64,000 bases of DNA from Bacteroidales bacterium (lineage in GTDB: Bacteria > Bacteroidota > Bacteroidia > Bacteroidales > VadinHA17): NCBI GenBank assembly GCA_041303415.1, contig JBFYPG010000021.1, positions 6,532-70,531 on the forward strand, read 5' to 3'. Positions 54,338 through 60,861 of this stretch are shown here, piece after piece. How positions within the stretch are numbered: the first letter of the stretch is position 1; each line of letters opens with the position of its first letter. The notes under the pieces were generated by a model. The model was not told the DNA's origin. It searched no databases and saw only the letters and a program-made list of their open reading frames with translations. The translations under genes were made by a program, and so were the position numbers.

Positions 54338-56089
54338 TCAGAATGATGAAAGCTGTCCGTTCTGATCGGCCCAGGACCATCCGGTGAATTTTGTCTTGTC
54401 GGCACCTGTGGTCGGCGTTGTTACTGATGTTGCATGTACATCGGTCCCGTTTTTGAAAATGCTGGTAAGGGCAACACCTGATGCCGGGGTTATCTGAAGG
54501 TTACTGAAATTCAGGATGCCTCCGGCAAAATTATCCAGTGAAGCCTGTCCGCTCAGCGACAGGTCGCCATAACCAGCAGTGGCAGGATTGGGGAAGTTGA
54601 AGAAATAGATATCCTGGAATGTTCCCCTTGCCCCTGATCTGAAGTCACCGAGCTCAGAAGTCGGATTACCTTTTACCGAACCCTTCTTTACCGTATGAGC
54701 TGCAAGCATTGTACCTTCCGGTCCGTCGATTTCAAGTGCATGGTCGGTGAGGTCACCACAGATTATTATAAAGTTATCCAGAGTACCAGCCCATGACTGA
54801 TCGGTATCAACACAGTCATCACCAGGGTTCCAAATAAGGGTATTCTTTACATTCACTGTACCGCCGAACCATTCAATTCCGTCATCCTGGTTGGCTACCA
54901 CTTCGATATTCTCAATAATGGTTCCTGACCCTACGCCGCCCAAAGTAAGACCGTTGATCTCGTTACCTTCGCCAATATTTGCGCCTCCGTGACGTATCGA
55001 AATATATTTAAGTGTTCCTGAATTGTCTGTTGCATCTGTACCTCCATAAAGGCCATTCGGATCAGATACCGGTATACCTTCTATCTGCATCGCATCAGCT
55101 GCAGCTGAAATTGGTGCTTTACCAAGAACAATCAATCCTCCCCAGAGTCCGTTTACTGTCGGCGCAAGGTTCGGGCTGATGATCTCACCCGGAAGTATCT
55201 GGTCGGCTACCGACGTGAAGATGATCGGTGATGTTGAGGTACCTGAAGCTTCGATCTTTCCACCACGTGCTATCATAAGAGCAGTGGCATTTGATCCTGA
55301 ACCCTCACGGCCTTTTATTATAGTTCCGGGCTGTATAGTCAGAGTAAATCCTGATAGTACAGCAATACGGCCTTCAAGGATGTAGATTTTCCCTGTTTCC
55401 CAAGTTGTGTTTGCTGAAATATTTGATGTTACAGATGTTGTAGGAAAAGCCTGAACGTTAACTACTGCGACTGACTGGCCTGTTTTATTATTATTATCAG
55501 TCATTGTAATGGTTACTGACCCTGCACCTACAGTTCTTGCTGCAGTGAATGTTACGACAACGTTACCTGAAGTAGCTCCTGCTGATGCATCAGTTTTAAT
55601 CACGGCTGTACCACCTGCAGCAATCAAAGCTGATGATTTATAACCTCCCTCTGCAGCAAAAGGAAAGGTAAGGTCGACTGTTTTTGTAACTGTAACAGTG
55701 GAACTTGCCGGTAAAGTGATCGTGGGTGCGCCTTCTTCAAAAACAGTTAAAACCGCGGTTGCCGATTCTGTCTGACTTTCGTCATCTGTTAAGGTGAGTA
55801 TTACTGCTCCGGCTCCGGATGTTGTTCCTGCTGTGAAAGTAACAACTATTTCGCCGCTGGTTGATCCTGCTGCTGCAGCTGTTTTTACAGTTGCATTACC
55901 ACCGGTAGATGTTAATGCTGCTGATTTGTATCCCGCTTCTGCGGTAAAAGAAAACGTCAGGTCAACTGCCTGGCTGACCTCTACTGTGGTACTTTCCGGG
56001 GCTGTTACAACAGGCAAGGCATATTCTTCCTTGCAACCTGTAAGAACTGCCAGGTAAAGCACCAGACCAAAAATTAAGATTCTTTTCAT
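54338..56089 (-). CDS. Surface lipoprotein: two tandem Ig-like repeats followed by a probable beta-helix/beta-solenoid domain
   Basis: Lipobox LAVLTGC. Two ~95-aa repeats show roughly half identity, followed by a Gly/Thr/Asn-rich C-terminal ~370 aa. First gene of the minus-strand unit with the TonB receptor. Confidence 0.6.
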   Translation of the reverse strand: MKRILIFGLVLYLAVLTGCKEEYALPVVTAPESTTVEVSQAVDLTFSFTAEAGYKSAALTSTGGNATVKTAAAAGSTSGEIVVTFTAGTTSGAGAVILTLTDDESQTESATAVLTVFEEGAPTITLPASSTVTVTKTVDLTFPFAAEGGYKSSALIAAGGTAVIKTDASAGATSGNVVVTFTAARTVGAGSVTITMTDNNNKTGQSVAVVNVQAFPTTSVTSNISANTTWETGKIYILEGRIAVLSGFTLTIQPGTIIKGREGSGSNATALMIARGGKIEASGTSTSPIIFTSVADQILPGEIISPNLAPTVNGLWGGLIVLGKAPISAAADAMQIEGIPVSDPNGLYGGTDATDNSGTLKYISIRHGGANIGEGNEINGLTLGGVGSGTIIENIEVVANQDDGIEWFGGTVNVKNTLIWNPGDDCVDTDQSWAGTLDNFIIICGDLTDHALEIDGPEGTMLAAHTVKKGSVKGNPTSELGDFRSGARGTFQDIYFFNFPNPATAGYGDLSLSGQASLDNFAGGILNFSNLQITPASGVALTSIFKNGTDVHATSVTTPTTGADKTKFTGWSWADQNGQLSSF

Positions 56090-56217
56090 ACTTTTATTTT
56101 ATTATTGATTGATTAGAAATTCCCTGGTTTATCCGTGGCAAATTTATGGACAGTATATTTCGTACCGGTTAAGGAAATATTAAGGTTTTGTTACAATCTC
56201 GGGTAAAGCTGGTTTTT

Positions 56218-56318
56218 CTCTGTGGGACTCTGTGGTTTCTCCGTGTAACTTTGTGTAACATATTTTTCTTCAAGAACTTACACAGAGAAACACAGAGGAG
56301 GCACAGAGATCCACAGAG
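56218..56318. repeat. Imperfect inverted repeat (41-nt arms, 19-nt loop) built from ~10-nt-periodic CTCTGTG-type units
   Basis: Left arm ctctgtggga/ctctgtggtt/tctccgtgta/actttgtgta/a. The right arm reverse-complements to ctctgtggat/ctctgtgcct/cctctgtgtt/tctctgtgta/a. 31 of 41 positions are complementary by my count. Confidence 0.85.
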
Positions 56319-56350
56319 AATTAGTAACTTGCGTTTTTAATTTATGGTCA

Positions 56351-57034
56351 ATGAAAAGAGGAGTATTTCTATTATTTGGATTATCAGGATTCCTGACACT
56401 ATATTCACAATCATTCATTCTCCCGAATTACGGGATGAAGAGTCATGAAACGCTGGAAATCAGCAAGATAGAAGTCAGTTCCGGGGGCACATCATTTTAT
56501 ATGACTATTGAGAACCGTATCCCGGGAGGCACTTTCTGTGTCGACAAGAACACATTTTTGATCTATCCCGACGGTACACGCAGTAAGCTTGTATCAGCAA
56601 GCGGAATACCTGTCTGCCCCGATTCATATAAGTTTAAGGCGCCTGGTGAAAAACTTGATTTTGTGCTTTTATTCCCTCCTCTTAAAGAAGGAACCGGATG
56701 GATTGACCTTGTTGAGGAATGCAGTGATCACTGCTTTTCATTTTATGGAGTGACCGTTGATAATGATCTGAACGGGAAGATCAATGAAAGCTTTGCCCTG
56801 GCGGAACGTGAAGAGACATCGAAAGCCATTATAAGCCTTATTGATCTTATCGGAGAAATAGATAAGAAGAACCTGGGTATTGAAGGCCTTCTCTACTTAA
56901 CAATTGTAAAGCTGAGTGATGAGGCAGGCTCAAAAGCGATTGCCGCCGAATGGTATAAAAAAATGAAATCTTCAGGAGCGCCCAGGGTGAACGAGTATCT
57001 TAAATACCTTAATGATAACGGTATCAGGTATTAA
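56351..57034 (+). CDS. Secreted hypothetical protein (Cys-containing beta-rich N-domain + helical C-domain)
   Basis: Signal peptide MKRGVFLLFGLSGFLTLYSQ. I recognised no family motif. Coding looks real: compact spacing and a terminator after the stop. Confidence 0.5.
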   Translation: MKRGVFLLFGLSGFLTLYSQSFILPNYGMKSHETLEISKIEVSSGGTSFYMTIENRIPGGTFCVDKNTFLIYPDGTRSKLVSASGIPVCPDSYKFKAPGEKLDFVLLFPPLKEGTGWIDLVEECSDHCFSFYGVTVDNDLNGKINESFALAEREETSKAIISLIDLIGEIDKKNLGIEGLLYLTIVKLSDEAGSKAIAAEWYKKMKSSGAPRVNEYLKYLNDNGIRY

Positions 57035-57060
57035 AACGATTAAGGCATATTTCAAAAAAG

Positions 57061-57091
57061 AAAGGCTGACCCGGAAAGGATCAGCCTTTTT
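57061..57091. terminator. Bidirectional rho-independent terminator between convergent genes
   Basis: AAAGGCTGA-cccggaaagga-TCAGCCTTT, with an A-run upstream (caaaaaag) and a T-run downstream (ttttt). Confidence 0.6.
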
Positions 57092-57110
57092 GAACATACA
57101 ATATCTTATC

Positions 57111-58745
57111 CTAGAAGTTCAGTTCAACGCCAACACCTAATACTATTGTGCTTTTCTTGTAGGTTTCCTTTGGCAACATATCGGTTGCCCCGAGAAGATG
57201 ACTTACATTCTTCTCATTTTCAAGATACATAGTATAACTTCCTCCAAGGTTAATTCTGATCATATCAGTAATGCCGTAAGCCAAACCGCCACCAAATGTG
57301 TGTGTGGCATTGCCGAATGTAAGATCACTCTGGTATTTGCTGTTAACGCCTAAATTGCCATATACATATCCTGCACTTACAAGAAAGTTGTCGGAAATAT
57401 TGTATTCCAGACCTGCCTGGACAGACATGCCGTTATTGTCAATAATTTCGCTGTTGTCAACATGTGTACCGTTTATCTTATGTCCATAGTCAGCTGATTT
57501 ATCGAAGTAATAATTACCTCCCAGAGACAGCTTGATATTTGATAAACTGTAATCGACACCGACTGCAAGCATAGCAGGCATATCTGCTCTTTTCACTTCA
57601 TCCTGAATAAATATGCCGCCTCCCATTGTTGGGCTTGCCAGGGATGTTGTGAGTTCAAGCTTGGTCAGAAATTCATATTTAAGGGCAATATTCAGGTTCT
57701 CAATCGGTGAGACATTTACGCTTATAATCGGAGTATAGCCCATTCCGGTCTCTTCAGCATCAACTTCCACATCTGCGGTCTTGGATGCATTACTGGATAA
57801 AGTTGTTCCGGTTGCTAAGAATACAGGTGCAGCCCCAGCTAATATTGCCTGGGCTTGAGTGAGGTTAAGTCCGGCTGGATTTTGACCGGCAGCACCAATT
57901 ATTTGCTGTATCGTGGCAATAGCAGTGGCATCTAATCCGTAAGCAGCTAAAGCAGGATTTGTTAGCAGCACAGAACCTAAACTATATGTACTAATTAGTG
58001 TTTGTAATCCTGCTGAATACCCGGTTGCTCCTGTGTAAAGTTGGTTCATTAAATCTGCACCGTCTGAAAAGAAATCACTGGCAAGTACCATAGAGCCGTT
58101 ATATGCAGCTCCGAAAGCAGGATAATTCGGATTGATACTTATGTCTCTCAGGTAGCCGTTATAAGTATTTTTAGCAGTTACCAGGCGGACACCTGCTGCA
58201 ACAGAGATCATATCATTTATCTTGTACGATACATTTGCCTGGTATCCAAAATAGATTGATGAACCCTCGAAGAATATGTCAGCATCGTAATCGGTTGTTC
58301 CGAAATTTGTGAAAGTGGCTGGAACAAGATCTGCAATGCTCATTTCAAATGATGGCAGTCCGGCCTCATAAGTAGCGCCGCCGCCGCCGCCGACAGGATT
58401 AAATCCGAAAGAGACAGCAAACTTGTCCAGTTTGTAGGCTGCAGCAACAGAGGGGAACAATGGTGCTTTTACCGATCCTTCGTAAAGGTCATTGTGAAGG
58501 TAACTGTAGTCGTTGGTAATTTCTCTTTTTTGAAAAATTGTCTGATTTGAAACGGCAAAATGGAATCCATTGTCCATTTTCATTATTCCGGCAGGATTAT
58601 AGTAAACTGCATCAGTTTCTGTTGATGCATTCCTTGAAGGGAGCCGAACCCACGAAGCGCTCTGGTTAGTATTTGTAACCAGTCCTCCGGCCAAAAGTGT
58701 TCCGGCAATCATAGTTCCGGTAAATAAAAGGAGAATTTTTCTCAT
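57111..58745 (-). CDS. Outer-membrane beta-barrel, FadL/OmpP1/TodX-like transport protein
   Basis: Signal peptide, an N-terminal ...AVYYNPAGI... hatch-like motif, an alternating beta-strand pattern, and a C-terminal aromatic ...GVGVELNF. Confidence 0.5.
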   Translation of the reverse strand: MRKILLLFTGTMIAGTLLAGGLVTNTNQSASWVRLPSRNASTETDAVYYNPAGIMKMDNGFHFAVSNQTIFQKREITNDYSYLHNDLYEGSVKAPLFPSVAAAYKLDKFAVSFGFNPVGGGGGATYEAGLPSFEMSIADLVPATFTNFGTTDYDADIFFEGSSIYFGYQANVSYKINDMISVAAGVRLVTAKNTYNGYLRDISINPNYPAFGAAYNGSMVLASDFFSDGADLMNQLYTGATGYSAGLQTLISTYSLGSVLLTNPALAAYGLDATAIATIQQIIGAAGQNPAGLNLTQAQAILAGAAPVFLATGTTLSSNASKTADVEVDAEETGMGYTPIISVNVSPIENLNIALKYEFLTKLELTTSLASPTMGGGIFIQDEVKRADMPAMLAVGVDYSLSNIKLSLGGNYYFDKSADYGHKINGTHVDNSEIIDNNGMSVQAGLEYNISDNFLVSAGYVYGNLGVNSKYQSDLTFGNATHTFGGGLAYGITDMIRINLGGSYTMYLENEKNVSHLLGATDMLPKETYKKSTIVLGVGVELNF

Positions 58746-58888
58746 ACTTCAGATTTTAAGTTTGTATTCAAAAAACAGGTCAAAAATATACAATAATTTG
58801 AATTTTCCAATAAGTCTAAAATAGTATATTGATATTTAGTCACTTGGGCAGGATTTTCAATACTATTCGAAAAATAAACAAAATAATA

Positions 58889-58940
58889 CAGGTCGTGCAG
58901 GTCGTGCAGGTCATGCAGGTCGTGCAGGTCGTGCAGGTCG
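58889..58940. repeat. Tandem 9-mer array (CAGGTCGTG)x5.8, the left arm of an inverted repeat enclosing the four-helix-bundle ORF
   Basis: caggtcgtg caggtcgtg caggtcatg caggtcgtg caggtcgtg caggtcg. Confidence 0.9.
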
Positions 58941-58985
58941 AAAAAATTGTTTATCTTTATTTACTAACTATAAAATCGTGCTAAA

Positions 58986-59348
58986 ATGAGTACAATCAAG
59001 AATTTTGAGGATTTGGAAGTATGGAAAATGTCCAGGGAACTAGTAAACATTATTTATTCAGATTTTAAAAGATCTCATGATTTTAGTTTCAGAGATCAGA
59101 TAACCAGGGCAGGGATATCGATAATGAATAATATAAGTGAAGGATTCTGCAGGAATAGTGATGCTGAGTTTTATCATTTTCTTAATATTTCTAAAGGTTC
59201 AGCCGGAGAAGTAAAAAATATGTATTATATTTCTGAAGATCAGAAATATACTACTAGAGAAATTTCAAAAGAGAGAAGAAATAAGGCTCAACGCCTTATA
59301 AACAGCCTGGGCACCTTTATGAAATACCTTAAGGGTAGCAAGAATTAA
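58986..59348 (+). CDS. Four-helix-bundle protein (23S rRNA intervening-sequence protein / Avd-like family)
   Basis: 120 aa. The blocks FEDLEVWK..RELV..IY, RDQI.RAG.SI.NNI.EGF.R.S..EF..FL.IS.GS.GEV are the signature pattern of this family. Confidence 0.85.
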   Translation: MSTIKNFEDLEVWKMSRELVNIIYSDFKRSHDFSFRDQITRAGISIMNNISEGFCRNSDAEFYHFLNISKGSAGEVKNMYYISEDQKYTTREISKERRNKAQRLINSLGTFMKYLKGSKN

Positions 59349-59370
59349 TAAATTCCTTACTCAGGACTAA

Positions 59371-59419
59371 GACGTTATAAGACCTGCAAGACCTGCAAGA
59401 CCTGCAAGACTTGCAAGAC
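59371..59419. repeat. Tandem 9-mer array (GACCTGCAA)x4 plus a degenerate unit, the right arm complementary to the 58889-58940 array
   Basis: gacctgcaa x3, gacttgcaa, gac. The reverse complement TTGCAGGTC matches the upstream GTGCAGGTC register at 8 of 9 positions per unit. Confidence 0.9.
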
Positions 59420-59457
59420 AGGTATCTCTTTGTTGCCTGACGTCCTTCGCCCTCCTG

Positions 59458-59493
59458 CTGACGCCTGACGCCTGACGCCCGACGCCTGTCGCC
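59458..59493. repeat. Tandem 7-mer array (CTGACGC)x5, with an isolated copy at 59437
   Basis: ctgacgc ctgacgc ctgacgc ccgacgc ctgtcgc c, followed by T6 and abutting the stop of the minus-strand acetyltransferase gene. Confidence 0.85.
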
Positions 59494-59497
59494 TTTT

Positions 59498-60100
59498 TTA
59501 TGTGAGCTTTTCACTATAGATATCCCACTCATAGGCTTTGCTCCTGGGGATTATCTTTATATGATTATCTCCTCTTACCACGGTAGAGCGCGACGGAATC
59601 TCACCCGAAATAACACAACCTGCACCTATTGTTACTTCGTCACCTATTTTTGCGCCGGGTAAAATAACACAGTTAGCCCCGATCCAGACATTGTTCCCTA
59701 TCTCAACTCCTTTCACCGGACCGGTTTTCCTGTGATCATACTTGTCATGGTTTGTTGTAACAATAACACTATTGGCTGCAATACCAACATTATCTCCCAT
59801 TTTAAGTCCCCCTGATGCGTTTATATATACTCCCATATTATCTCCGGGATCGCACATGATACCTTTCTCAATAAATCTCCATCCCCTGATTTTACTCCTG
59901 AAGTCAACCGGCCATGGCACCATCCGGTTAAAGCCGACGATCTTCTGCATGAAGAAATACTGCCACAACACCCTGTGATGTTTCATATATCCTGTCCTGG
60001 GCCTCTTATATTGCGGATAAAAGAGTTTTACGAGCCACCTGAAAAGTGTCTGATCAAGAAAAAAACTGAAACGTCTGAACGGATTCATTCTTAAAATCAA
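59498..60100 (-). CDS. Hexapeptide-repeat (left-handed beta-helix) O-acetyltransferase, WcaF/sugar-acetyltransferase-like
   Basis: Hexapeptide repeats GDNVGIAANSVIV...IGNNVWIGANCVILPGAKIGDEVTIGAGCVISGEI. 200 aa. Confidence 0.75.
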   Translation of the reverse strand: MILRMNPFRRFSFFLDQTLFRWLVKLFYPQYKRPRTGYMKHHRVLWQYFFMQKIVGFNRMVPWPVDFRSKIRGWRFIEKGIMCDPGDNMGVYINASGGLKMGDNVGIAANSVIVTTNHDKYDHRKTGPVKGVEIGNNVWIGANCVILPGAKIGDEVTIGAGCVISGEIPSRSTVVRGDNHIKIIPRSKAYEWDIYSEKLT

Positions 60101-60855
60101 TAATCAACATTAAAATCCTTAAGCATAACAGATTGATCATGTAACGGGGAATAAGAATTATCATCCCCTCCCATGAAACAGGAAAGAAAAAGATGATCAA
60201 TTTTCAGTTTATCAGTCTTACGGAAACAAACCGGATCCTGTGCATCAGTATCAACTTCATTGACGGTTACTCTGACAATGCCATTTTCTTTTTCAGGATC
60301 ATTCATTGCAAGATTCAGGGATATTGAGTTCCATACTCCGGTATTAAGGTGAACATATTCACCATTGATCCTGAGGAAGTTCTTTTCTCCGAATTGTCCT
60401 TTCATTTTTGCGTGGTACAGGTATGCGCAGATTGTACCTTTCTCCTTGAACATGAACCTTACACTCCACCCGTCATATCCTGTCGGAACCTGTCCTCCTG
60501 AATTCCCAGCACCGCCTGCCATTCCGGGTAATTTCCCTCCCTTAACAAAATCAAAACCCTCCTTAAAAAGCACTTTAAATGAAAGAGTGGCTCTGTCAAC
60601 GGGTTCCGGAAAAGGTACCCTGCAGTTGCTTCCAATAAAAGGACCGAACCTGCCTTTCAGAAGGTCCAGCCTTATAACATATTCGTTGTTAAATGGTACG
60701 ATCCTTGCATACCTGGCCCTGGGCAGGATTAGCAGCTTTTTTCTTGTCCTTGGACCCACAAGAAAAGAAGCGTTCTTTGTTCCGAAAATCCGGTTCAGGC
60801 GTTTTTCAGTCAGATATCCGGGCCGGCAGGATGTAAGGTTGCTTTTCAAAAGCAT
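60097..60855 (-). CDS. Concanavalin-like protein resembling the polysaccharide-lyase (PL14-like, Polysacc_lyase) family
   Basis: The block DFVKGGKLPGMAGG......G...TGYDGWSVRFMF matches my memory of the GGKLPGL...GWS.R.MW signature. No signal peptide. 4-nt overlap with the acetyltransferase gene. Not verified. Confidence 0.4.
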   Translation of the reverse strand: MLLKSNLTSCRPGYLTEKRLNRIFGTKNASFLVGPRTRKKLLILPRARYARIVPFNNEYVIRLDLLKGRFGPFIGSNCRVPFPEPVDRATLSFKVLFKEGFDFVKGGKLPGMAGGAGNSGGQVPTGYDGWSVRFMFKEKGTICAYLYHAKMKGQFGEKNFLRINGEYVHLNTGVWNSISLNLAMNDPEKENGIVRVTVNEVDTDAQDPVCFRKTDKLKIDHLFLSCFMGGDDNSYSPLHDQSVMLKDFNVDY

Positions 60856-60861
60856 GGTTCT

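Noticed and set aside
58889-59493. A possible CRISPR array, suggested by the regularly spaced short repeats.
   Set aside because: The units are 7-9 nt and directly abutting with no spacers. No cas genes are present. The two 9-mer arrays are inverted relative to each other around an ORF.
59329-59532. A 67-aa minus-strand ORF (…CKSCRSCRSCRSCRSY…).
   Set aside because: It is a translation of the 9-mer and 7-mer oligomer arrays and overlaps the ends of two real genes.
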